This document shows positions 41,600 through 50,534 of a stretch of 64,000 bases of DNA, piece by piece. The first letter of the stretch is position 1, and every line of letters begins with the position of its first letter. The notes under the pieces are model-generated. The model saw nothing but the letters and a program-made list of their open reading frames with translations. It was not told the DNA's origin and did not search any database. The stretch is taken from the NCBI RefSeq assembly GCF_056746865.1, contig NZ_CM163382.1, one strand, 5' to 3'. The position numbers and the translations under genes were made by a program.

Positions 41600-43154
41600 G
41601 AGGTGTCCACCTGCAAAATAAGTGGGTGCTTAAGTTACAGGATCCTGGATTCGGGACCAGACGGTACTCAGACGACGCTTACAGAGAATGTCCGGAATGA
41701 CGAGGTTATCTTTGCGGAGATTAAGGCAATGGTATACGGGCCGACGTTCCATGCCGCGTTACTACATTCAGCCCGGACGTAAAATGCGCCCGTCAAAAAG
41801 AACGGTTCGCTTCGAAACTCAGCCAGGATACCACCTCTCCGCCACACCCGGGAAGAAGTTGATATGGTGGTTGCCGGACAACAGCGCTCCTGGATTGACT
41901 GCTGCATCACTCAACCACGCTGAATATCAAAGGAGAGCGTTACCGGTTAAAAGAGAAACGTAAAGCTGTGGTGATGACCCAAAACGCAACGCCTGTCAGT
42001 GAGGATGAAATGGTGAAAAGCGGACAGCATCAGTAACGGAAGTATCTTAGCGGGTACGAAAATGGCAGGATCGTGACATTGACAGAATATCTCCTGATCA
42101 TCCTGAATGACTGCAGTTGCTGTAGAAAAGTAAGCTGTCTCCACCCACGGCACCACTTAACAGGCATTCCGTAACTTCCCCCAGACTTACTATGACGCAT
42201 TATCGGTGCACTGAAAACGGGAGAGTGCGCTTAAAACCGCAGACCGCATGCGGGTGTTACTGCATGACAGTCTGGCCGTATTGTGAGATGTCGGCAGGAA
42301 CCGATGTCCGCGCAGGGGGGAACTTCCTGCAGTACCTGACGCTTCAAATGGTATTAACCGTAGGGTGTTGTTGGTTCCGGATCGCGGAAATGGGAGCACA
42401 GGTCTGCTACGGGGTGTACCTCTGACAGTATATCCGGCTCGCTCATCTGACAGCCTCTCTCCCGGAAAAGACCAAAAATGAGATCGTCTCCTCAACAGCA
42501 GAGAAGAGGTCTTGACAGACAGGCTATATTGCATACGATTTATGAAGAAAAAGACAGCAAATATGGAGGTTATAGCGGAGAATACCCTACGAAATTCCTA
42601 TGAAAAACGATTGAAAAAAATATCAAATTCGATTCGTTTTTATATGCTTTTTGGGAGCGTGGCGATGACGAACTGTTGCATGTGCAGAGGAGAATGCACC
42701 CGGAAGCACCAGAATCATCCAGAAAGGCAGAACGATTACGCATCAAACCAGGAGACAGCAATATCAAGGTAATATACTGATTTAAAATGAATTTACAGCA
42801 ATACGTGAAAACATTTTTTACTTAAAGGAGACAGATGCGCTGAAGAGAGTGCAAGTATTTTTATATAAAAATGAGAAGTTTACGGGATGTATATCCGGCA
42901 CACTATGACCGGAGAATATCAGTCAAGCTTAAAAAGACAATAAATACAGTGAGTTAAATACACAGAGAAAACGTAGTATCAGAGGGTACATCTTACAACA
43001 GAGACTGAATTTCCGGTTTTTCATAACCGGCGCATTCCGGAAAGTGCAGGCGGCCCGGAGGTTTTCTGACGCCACTACCTGGTAGATTGTTCTGTACATC
43101 ATGTACGGAGGTTTTTGTTTGCTTTTTTAAAATCTGCAAATGTGAGAAAAGCAG

Positions 43155-44318
43155 GTGAGGTGTATTGTGGGAAAGGAACTGGATGATATCTGCACCAGCT
43201 GTCCGTATATCGATGCTGTAAAACGGCACAAACAACAGCTCGGTGCCATAGAGGAATATACACAGTGGTTAAAAAAAGAACCACGGGCATCTTATTTTTT
43301 TCTGTTCCAGCTGTATACCCGCATTCACAATACATTTTTCTCCCAAAAGCAACAACTCCCGTTCACTCCCGGTGGCACTCACTGCCCGGAACCTGATGTC
43401 ACCCTTCGGGACTTAACGCTTTCCCCTGGCTACCACAGTGATTATGCCCCTCAACCCATTCCGGAGATGGACAGTTCTGCTGTTGTTCCCCCAACTAATG
43501 AAAACACCTCGCCTCCGGAAGATACTCCCGACAACACTCCGGCCGGAGGCAATACCGGACAAGCGGAAAAGACCAGAAACGCAGGACTCACACCCATTCC
43601 TGAAAAACGTTCAGGAATGCCCCCGGAACATCTGCGGTTTGCCACGGGGTTTCCATCGCAACCGAAGATTGCCGGTCCCAGAGAAAAGCCGATGCGCACC
43701 GTGCATCCGGATAAAATCTACCGTGAAATTATATGGTTCTGCTCCAGTTACCTGCTGAAATCCGGACCAGAGGCTACGAGGACGATTATCAACTCAGTAT
43801 TCTCTGAATGGGCCAGCATAAACAATGATTACCCCTCCCCCTTTTCGTGGGTGGACAGCAGGGACAGTGAACAGTGTGACTGGTTATGGAACGCCATGCA
43901 GGTCCGGTGTGTGGGAACCCCGCTGAATCCCCTTACCCCGGAGCAGAAATACTGGTTTGCCTGCGCCACGTTTGATAACTGGGAGGGCTGGAATGAGCAA
44001 CAGGTACAGTTTTTACTGGAAAGTAATCCCAGACGGAACAGAGCGAAGTTTACGCAGGTCTCCTTCCAGGCCCCCAGGATTCAGCATAAAGCGATTCTTC
44101 TTGATGAGCTGAAAAGTGCCCGGGAGCAACAAAAAAGGCGTGATGAACGTGCTGATGGTTCCGTCCCTCTGAAACTGTCCGGAAAAATCCACAAACAGCT
44201 TGAAAGTATTGCCCGAAGTCGTGGTGTCCTCCCAAAAAAACTGCTGAATGAAATGATTGAGCAGGCGTACCATGATTTGGTGGCAACCAGGCAGAACAGC
44301 CAAATCGATTCCAGATAA
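43155..44318 (+). CDS. Hypothetical protein with a Pro/Thr/Asn-rich linker and a C-terminal ribbon-helix-helix-like segment (up to 387 aa; start uncertain)
   Basis: Long intact ORF. The central low-complexity stretch is VVPPTNENTSPPEDTPDNTPAGGNTGQ. The C-terminus VPLKLSGKIHKQLESIARSRGVLPKKLLNEMIEQAYHDL has a strand-helix-helix pattern. Confidence 0.5.
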   Translation: MRCIVGKELDDICTSCPYIDAVKRHKQQLGAIEEYTQWLKKEPRASYFFLFQLYTRIHNTFFSQKQQLPFTPGGTHCPEPDVTLRDLTLSPGYHSDYAPQPIPEMDSSAVVPPTNENTSPPEDTPDNTPAGGNTGQAEKTRNAGLTPIPEKRSGMPPEHLRFATGFPSQPKIAGPREKPMRTVHPDKIYREIIWFCSSYLLKSGPEATRTIINSVFSEWASINNDYPSPFSWVDSRDSEQCDWLWNAMQVRCVGTPLNPLTPEQKYWFACATFDNWEGWNEQQVQFLLESNPRRNRAKFTQVSFQAPRIQHKAILLDELKSAREQQKRRDERADGSVPLKLSGKIHKQLESIARSRGVLPKKLLNEMIEQAYHDLVATRQNSQIDSR

Positions 44319-44839
44319 TTTCAGACAGATATTATTTCCGTGAATCCCCCGCCACCTTTCCGGTGCGCGGGGTTTTGTCTTTTTTCACCGGGAATACATG
44401 TATGAATCCGTCTGATGCCATTGAGGCAATTGAAAAACCGCTCTCCTCCCTGCCTTACTCACTTTCCCGTCACATCCTGGAACATCTGCGCAAACTCACC
44501 AGTCACGAACCCGTGCCTGGCATTATGGGTAAAAGCGGGGCCGGTAAATCCTCACTCTGTAATGCGCTGTTTCAGGGGGAGGTCACCCCGGTCAGTGATG
44601 TTCACGCCGGCCCCCGGGAAGTGCAGCGCTTCCGTCTTGCAAAATGGCATCTGAATCGATCGCAGTTTGGCATTCGAATCGATCATGATTTGGCATCCAT
44701 CTCCGATCACAGTTTGGCATCACAATCGATCACGATTTGGCATGCTTCCGATCATTGATTGGCATCCTGCCAGTCACTCCGGGAATTAACTCTTTTCACC
44801 ACAGTCTCCATTGCCGTGTTTAAACCAGTGGAGACGTCA

Positions 44840-46405
44840 ATGTCCAGAAAGAGAAAATCCAGGAGCACTATGGAAACCTGTTTTAAGATTCTTCAGCTCA
44901 AGTTCGACAAGAAGCTGACTAACCGTTGTATCGGACTGACGTTACACATCAGCGCCTCAACCGTTTTTGAGGTTCTTGCCCGCTTCAAAGCCTCTTCTCT
45001 GTCATGGCCATTACCTGCTGATATATCCCATGACACGCTGGAGAAACTCATTTTTCCGCCCAAAGACACCTTTGCATCAGAGCTTGTAATGCCTGACATG
45101 TTGTACCTCGATACGGAAATGAGAAAACCAGGTGTGACGCGGCAACTGTTGTGGATGGAATACAAGGCACAGGCGGGTAACAAAGCGATGGGATACTCGC
45201 ACTTCTGCCGTTGCTACCGGGAGTGGAAAAAAACGCGACGTCTCTCCATGCGCCAGGAGCATCGTGCCGGCGAAAAGCTTTTTATCGACTTCTGTGGTCC
45301 TACGGTTCCTGTTATTAATCCGGACACCGGTGAGATACGCCGCGTGGCAATCTTCGTGGCCGTAATGGGGGCGTCCAACTATACCTACGTTGAAGCGTGC
45401 GAAGGTCAGGACATGATGTCATGGTTAAATGCCCACAGCCGTTGCCTGACCTTCCTGGGCGGCGTACCGAAGCTGCTCATCCCCGATAACCTCAGAAGCG
45501 CAGTGAAAAAGGCCGATCGATATGAGCCTGTCATCAACGACAGTTATCAGGCACTGGCTGAGCACTATGGCACGGTTATCATCCCGGCCCGACCACGCAA
45601 ACCTAAAGATAAACCAAAAGCAGAAAACGGCGTCCTCATCGTCGAACGATGGCTTCTTGCCCGCATCCGTAATGAAACCTTCCACACGCTCAGGGCGCTG
45701 AATGCGCGCCTTAGGGAGTTACTGACAGACATGAATAACCGGCCAATGAAGGGGTACGGCAATCAAACCCGTGCAGAACGCTTCCGCATACTGGATGCGC
45801 CAGCACTCTCTCCGCTGCCTCTGGCACCTTATGAATACACGGAATACAAAGCTGTGAAGGTTGGCCCTGACTACCACGTTGAATATGCCCGTCACTGGTA
45901 CTCCGTTCCACACGAACTGGTCGGTCAGCGTCTGTCACTGAAGGCGGGGCAGTCGGTGGTACAGCTCTGGCACAAGGGGCAGTGTGTGGCGCAACATCCG
46001 CGCAGCACACATGAATATAAACACACAACCAATCCGCTTCACATGCCAGAGCGCCACCGGCAGCACGGGACATGGACACCGGAACGCCTGATCGAGCAGG
46101 GAAAACGTACGGGCCCGTCCACAGGCCGGGTGGTTGAATCCATGCTGAAGGCAAAACCCCATCCGGAACTGGCTTATCGTGCAGTTCTGGGGCTGCTGGC
46201 ACTTCAGAAAAAATACGGCCCGGAACGGCTGGAAAAGGCCTGTTACGTTGCCCTGCACTATAACGCCCCTGACAGACGCTTTATCGACAATCTGCTGCGT
46301 CACCATCGGGAGAACCTGGAGCTTCCATTATCCCGCCAGGGCGAACAACATCCGGCATATGCTTCAGAGCATGAAAACCTGCGTGGTCCGGGCTACTACC
46401 ACTGA
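44840..46405 (+). CDS. istA: IS21-family transposase IstA
   Basis: HTH N-terminus and DDE core (...LFIDFCGPTVPVINPDTGEIRRVAIFVAVMGASNYTYVEA...). The ATG at 44840 follows GGAGACG. Confidence 0.85.
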   Translation: MSRKRKSRSTMETCFKILQLKFDKKLTNRCIGLTLHISASTVFEVLARFKASSLSWPLPADISHDTLEKLIFPPKDTFASELVMPDMLYLDTEMRKPGVTRQLLWMEYKAQAGNKAMGYSHFCRCYREWKKTRRLSMRQEHRAGEKLFIDFCGPTVPVINPDTGEIRRVAIFVAVMGASNYTYVEACEGQDMMSWLNAHSRCLTFLGGVPKLLIPDNLRSAVKKADRYEPVINDSYQALAEHYGTVIIPARPRKPKDKPKAENGVLIVERWLLARIRNETFHTLRALNARLRELLTDMNNRPMKGYGNQTRAERFRILDAPALSPLPLAPYEYTEYKAVKVGPDYHVEYARHWYSVPHELVGQRLSLKAGQSVVQLWHKGQCVAQHPRSTHEYKHTTNPLHMPERHRQHGTWTPERLIEQGKRTGPSTGRVVESMLKAKPHPELAYRAVLGLLALQKKYGPERLEKACYVALHYNAPDRRFIDNLLRHHRENLELPLSRQGEQHPAYASEHENLRGPGYYH

Positions 46406-46421
46406 CAGAAGGAACAACAGT

Positions 46422-47177
46422 ATGAGTGATAACCTGTTAAACAAACTGACCCAACTGAAACTCCCGGCGATGGCCGGGAGCCTGATACGGCAGCGGGAAA
46501 CGCCTCAGACCTACGACGAACTGTCGTTCGAGGAAAGGCTGACGCTGCTGGTTGATGACGAGCTTCTGAGCAGGGAAAACAGCCGTGTGGCACGGTTGAG
46601 AAAAAATGCCGGCCTGAAATACCAGGCAACACCGGAAGGGCTGCGCTATCCGGCCTCAAGAGGTCTGCGGGCTGAACAGATGAGAGAACTGCTGAACGGC
46701 CACTACATAACCCACAGGAAAAACCTGCTGATAACCGGTCCGACAGGATGTGGCAAGAGCTGGATAGCCAATGCGCTGGGCGAACAGGCATGTCGACAGA
46801 AACACAGCGTCCGGTACTGTAGAACCGGGCGATTACTGGAACAACTGGCTCAGGGACGTGTTGATGGCAGCTGGCTGAAATATCTGAAACAGTTGCAAAA
46901 AATACAGGTTCTAATCCTGGACGATCTGGGGCTGGAACAGTTAAGTAACGCCCAGTGTAATGACCTTCTGGAGCTCATAGAGGATCGTTACGGACAAAGC
47001 AGCACGATAGTGGTAAGCCAGTTCCCGGTAGATAAATGGCATGGTCTGATGGAGAACCCAACAACAGCAGATGCCATCCTGGACAGACTGGTACATAACT
47101 CACACCGGGTGGTCCTTCAGGGAGAGTCACTGAGGAAAAATCCCCCGGTAGTGGAAAGCAGCGAAAAAACGCGTTAA
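46422..47177 (+). CDS. istB: IS21-family helper ATPase IstB, 251 aa
   Basis: Starts MSDNLLNKLTQLKLPAMAGSL and has the Walker A motif GPTGCGKSWIANALG. The upstream in-frame extension to 46179 overlaps istA and is rejected. Confidence 0.9.
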   Translation: MSDNLLNKLTQLKLPAMAGSLIRQRETPQTYDELSFEERLTLLVDDELLSRENSRVARLRKNAGLKYQATPEGLRYPASRGLRAEQMRELLNGHYITHRKNLLITGPTGCGKSWIANALGEQACRQKHSVRYCRTGRLLEQLAQGRVDGSWLKYLKQLQKIQVLILDDLGLEQLSNAQCNDLLELIEDRYGQSSTIVVSQFPVDKWHGLMENPTTADAILDRLVHNSHRVVLQGESLRKNPPVVESSEKTR

Positions 47178-48007
47178 AAAGCGGTAGAAAAAGTTAAGTT
47201 CCCGGTTGATCGAATGGATGCGAATCGCTGATCGGACTTCGATGCCAATCCGTGATCGAATAGAGCGGAATACGCATCCGTCTGAATGGCCATGGTCACA
47301 GCATGGTTATCACTGACCTGCCCGGGGTGGGCGAGAGCCGGGACAGGGATGCAGAGTATGAAGCCCTGTACCGTGACATTCTGCTCGAACTGGACCTGGT
47401 ACTGTGGCTGATTAAAGCCGATGACCGTGCCCTGTCTGTGGATGAGTATTTCTGGCGACACATCCTGCACCGGGGACATCAGCGGGTACTGTTTGTGGTG
47501 ATGCAGGCCGATAAAACGGAGCCCTGCCATGAATGGGATATGGCCGGTATTCAGCCTTCTCCCGCACAGGCACAGAACATTCGCGAAAAAACGGAGGCGG
47601 TATTCCGTCTGTTCCGGCCCGTACATCGGGTTGTTGCCGTATCGGCCCGCACCGGCTGGGAACTGGATACGCTGGTCAGTGCGCTCATGACAGCACTTCC
47701 CGACCATGCCGCCAGTCCCCTGATGACCCGCCTGCAGGACGAGCTGCGCACGGAGTCTGTCCGGTCTCAGGCCCGTGAACAGTTTACCGGTGCGGTGGAC
47801 CGGATATTTGACACGGCGGAGAGCGTCTGCATTGCCTCTGTTGCACGCACGGTTCTGCGCGCCGTCCGTGACTCGGTGGTCTCTGTTGCCCGCGCGGTAT
47901 GGAACTGGATTTTCTTCTGAACCCGGTGGTGATGTACCAGGCTGTTGTTACAGATTTTTAACTCCATGAAAACACTATGCAAACGCAGCCATACCCGGGT
48001 TGTCCCC

Positions 48008-48036
48008 TTGCGTTGTGTTTCTCAAGTTAATAGAAT
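48008..48036 (+). promoter_or_regulatory. Predicted sigma70 promoter of the dynamin-like/patatin operon
   Basis: TTGCGT (48008-48013), 17-bp spacer, TAGAAT (48031-48036). The predicted transcription start is about 48043. Confidence 0.5.
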
Positions 48037-48038
48037 AC

Positions 48039-48076
48039 ATCGATCGTTACTATCATATCGATCGTTATAAACGATC
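48039..48076. promoter_or_regulatory. OxyR-like operator carrying three Dam GATC sites
   Basis: The sequence ATCGatcgttaCTATcatatcgATCGttataaaCGAT matches 13 of 16 core positions of the OxyR consensus ATAGntnnnanCTAT-N7-ATAGntnnnanCTAT at 11-bp phasing. GATC sites lie at 48042-45, 48060-63 and 48073-76, each inside CGATCGTT. The 12-bp palindrome AAACGATCGTTT lies at 48069-48080. Confidence 0.55.
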
Positions 48077-48137
48077 GTTTGTAGTAAATGACCTCCTCCG
48101 TGGTTGTCATGAAAATGCGTCTTAGGAAGGTTAAATA

Positions 48138-50534
48138 ATGCACGAAAAGAACATCGCCCTGCTTTGTGATGAAGCCGACCGACTTTTGCAACTGAACATT
48201 AATCTGCTCCGGCAAATGGTTGAGGAGCCAGATGTGTTATCTGACAGTAAGAACGAAAACAGACTGCTTTTTGATAAACAGAAAGCACTGAAAAGAATTG
48301 AGGAGCTGGAGGGCGAACAAATCAAAACCGCCCGCAGGGAGATGGTGCTGGCTGTTGTCGGCACGATGAAAGCAGGCAAATCAACCACCATCAACGCCAT
48401 TGTGGGGCAGGAAATTCTGCCTAACCGTAACCGCCCCATGACCTCTGTACCGACGCTCATCCGCCACGTTCCCGGAAAAACTGAGCCGGTTCTCCATCTG
48501 GAACATATTCAGCCTGTCCGCAATTTATTAATCACACTGCAGGAAAAACTCGCCACCCCGGCAGGACAGCAGGTCGCACAGACCCTGCAGCAAACCGGGG
48601 ATACCCGCGAACTGCTGGATATTCTGACGGATGATGGCTGGCTCAAAAATGAATACCACGGGGAGGAGGAAATCTTTACCGGACTGGCATCGTTAAACGA
48701 TCTGGTTCGTCTTGCTGCGGCAATGGGGACTGAATTTCCTTTTGATGAATACGCAGAAGTGCAGAAACTGCCGGTGATCGACGTGGAATTCAGCCATCTG
48801 GTGGGGATGGATGCATGCCAGGGAACACTCACACTGCTGGATACCCCCGGCCCTAATGAGGCCGGACAACCGCAGATGGAAGTGATGATGCGGGATCAAC
48901 TGCAGAAAGCCTCTGCGGTTCTGGCTGTGATGGATTACACCCAGATGAACTCAAAAGCGGATGAAGACGTCCGTAAAGAGCTTAATGCCATTGCTGACGT
49001 ATCAGCCGGCCGCCTGTTTGTACTGGTCAATAAATTTGATGAGAAAGACCGCAATGGCGATGGGGCAGATGCCGTACGCCAGAAAGTTCCGGCAATGCTG
49101 AACAGCGATGTGCTGCCCGCCTCCCGCGTTTATCCCGGATCCTCACGCCAGGCATACCTGGCTAACCGTGCGCTTCATGAGTTACGGAAAAACGGAACCC
49201 TTCCTGTTGATGAAGCCTGGGTCGATGATTTTATCAGAGGTGCCTTCGGTTGCATGAAAAAAGAATACGTCTGTAAAGACAGTGAACTGGCAACTGAAGG
49301 GGCGACAGACCTGTGGGAAGGCTCACTTATCGATCAACTGATAACGGAAGTCATACAGAGCTCACATTCCAGAGCTGCGGCACTGGCGGTTGACTCTGCC
49401 GCCGCAAAACTGATGCAGAATGCAGAAAATATCAGTGAATACCTGTTGTTACGCCATCAGGGGCTACAGCAAAGCATTCAGTCACTGCAGTCGCATATCA
49501 CCAGCCTGCTTGCGGATATCCGGGAAATCGCGGACTGTCAGGAGCAGATGACCACTGATGTCAGAATGGCCATGGAGGAGATCGATACTAAAACCCGGGA
49601 ATTACTGACGGGGGTCTGCACCTCACTGGAAGAGGAGCTGAATGACTATTTCAGAAGCGGTAAACGCAAAGAACAGCAAATGCTGGAGGAAGAAGACGCA
49701 GAACAACGAAGGTCTCAGTCCGGATTATGGGGGAAAATTTCTCAATGGTCCGGTATCAACAACCAGGGCCGGGAGGATTACAGGAAACGAGATTTTGCCC
49801 CGGACAGCCCCGAAATAAAATTCAGTGATCGCAGGGAAGCCCTTGAACTGATGACGCAAATCGAATCGACCGTGACCAGCCTGCACCGTGAGGCTGAAGC
49901 ACAGTTCCGGCCTGAGCTGGAGAAAATCGTCAGCGGGATTGAAACAGGTTTTCGTGGCACGGCCCTGTACGCCACAGAAAACATTGCCGGTCGCATCAAT
50001 GCCCGCCTGGAGGATGAGGGCTTTACCGTAAAAATCAGTTTTCCGGCAGTCAGCCAGTTACAGACCCGGCTCGCGGTAAAAATAAATCTGAGTGCGCTTA
50101 TGGAGGAAAGAACGGAGACCGTCACCCGTCGCCGTCGGCAGAGTGGCGTATGGGGAACCGTTTGTCGATGGTTTGGCACCAGTGACCTGGGCTGGGAAAA
50201 CTATGACGAGGATGTGAGTCGCAGCGTGATCAATATCAACAAGGTCAGAGAGGAAGTTATGTCACTGACCCGGGCATATTTCGGGGAGCTGCAGGCATCC
50301 ATTGAGCAGGATATTAACCAGCCCGTCCGCCAGGAAATCGATGCCTTTTTCTGCGCATTCAGGGAGAAAGTTGAACAACTGCGTAACACGCTGATTCAGA
50401 GCTCTGAAGATCATAAACGCGATCAGCAGGCGCAGGAACGGCTTACCGGGCGACTTCAGGCATTAAATGAAAGGGTTCCTGAGCTCATTACTGACAGTAA
50501 GGCGCTGAGGGAAGAGCTGGAGACAATGCTGTGA
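48138..50534 (+). CDS. Bacterial dynamin-like GTPase, CrfC/YjdA type (798 aa)
   Basis: GTPase motifs: G1 GTMKAGKST (res 75-83), G3 DTPG (235-238), G4 NKFD (298-301). The block EMVLAVVGTMKAGKSTTINAIVGQEILPNRNRPMTSVPTLIRHVPG closely resembles my recollection of E. coli CrfC. A long helical/coiled-coil C-terminal half follows. RBS AGGAAGG. Confidence 0.8.
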   Translation: MHEKNIALLCDEADRLLQLNINLLRQMVEEPDVLSDSKNENRLLFDKQKALKRIEELEGEQIKTARREMVLAVVGTMKAGKSTTINAIVGQEILPNRNRPMTSVPTLIRHVPGKTEPVLHLEHIQPVRNLLITLQEKLATPAGQQVAQTLQQTGDTRELLDILTDDGWLKNEYHGEEEIFTGLASLNDLVRLAAAMGTEFPFDEYAEVQKLPVIDVEFSHLVGMDACQGTLTLLDTPGPNEAGQPQMEVMMRDQLQKASAVLAVMDYTQMNSKADEDVRKELNAIADVSAGRLFVLVNKFDEKDRNGDGADAVRQKVPAMLNSDVLPASRVYPGSSRQAYLANRALHELRKNGTLPVDEAWVDDFIRGAFGCMKKEYVCKDSELATEGATDLWEGSLIDQLITEVIQSSHSRAAALAVDSAAAKLMQNAENISEYLLLRHQGLQQSIQSLQSHITSLLADIREIADCQEQMTTDVRMAMEEIDTKTRELLTGVCTSLEEELNDYFRSGKRKEQQMLEEEDAEQRRSQSGLWGKISQWSGINNQGREDYRKRDFAPDSPEIKFSDRREALELMTQIESTVTSLHREAEAQFRPELEKIVSGIETGFRGTALYATENIAGRINARLEDEGFTVKISFPAVSQLQTRLAVKINLSALMEERTETVTRRRRQSGVWGTVCRWFGTSDLGWENYDEDVSRSVININKVREEVMSLTRAYFGELQASIEQDINQPVRQEIDAFFCAFREKVEQLRNTLIQSSEDHKRDQQAQERLTGRLQALNERVPELITDSKALREELETML

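Larger units (their letters stand above)
39245..41682 (-). mobile_element. IS66-family insertion sequence (2438 bp) with an 8-bp target duplication AGAGAATG
   Basis: Termini are GTAAGCG at 39245 and its complement at 41676-41682. AGAGAATG is present at 39237-39244 and 41683-41690. The three-ORF organisation is typical of IS66. Confidence 0.9.
44638..47276 (+). mobile_element. IS21-family insertion sequence (2639 bp) with a 7-bp duplication TCCGTCT
   Basis: TCCGTCT is present at 44631-44637 and 47277-47283. Multiple terminal TTTGGCAT / ATCGATC repeats occur at both ends, as is typical of IS21. The element contains istA and istB. Confidence 0.85.
44402..47920 (+). pseudogene. yeeP: YeeP/YfjP-family GTPase gene interrupted by an IS21-family element
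   Basis: The 5' part (44402-44637) reads MNPSDAIEAIEKPL...GKSGAGKSSLCNALF...VQRFRL. The 3' part (47277-47920) reads ...NGHGHSMVITDLPGVGESRDRDAEYEALYRD... The frame is restored once the IS and one copy of the duplication are removed. Confidence 0.85.

Noticed and set aside
42190-42540. A GC-rich, hairpin-prone stretch beginning near GTGCGC, considered as a group II intron 5' end, a retron msr/msd or another structured RNA.
   Set aside because: No reverse transcriptase or maturase ORF lies nearby. I could not fold any domain V-like hairpin. No flanking a1/a2 repeats were evident. This is most likely decayed coding sequence, but it remains unverified without an Infernal/Rfam scan.
44638-44770. 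Short spaced repeats (TTTGGCAT... / ATCGATC...) that look superficially like a mini repeat array; similar repeats occur at 47180-47276.
   Set aside because: They sit at both termini of the IS21-family element and correspond to the multiple terminal transposase-binding repeats of that family. They are not CRISPR: the repeats are not constant 25-40-bp units with unique spacers.
46179-46421. A long upstream extension of istB giving a 332-aa ORF.
   Set aside because: It overlaps the istA 3' end in another frame. IstB-type ATPases are about 250 aa, and the Met at 46422 has the conserved N-terminus.
48027-48460. Minus-strand ORFs 48027-48215 and 48131-48460 across the operon promoter and the 5' end of the GTPase gene.
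   Set aside because: They are antisense to the strongly supported dynamin-like gene and its regulatory region. Nothing else supports them.
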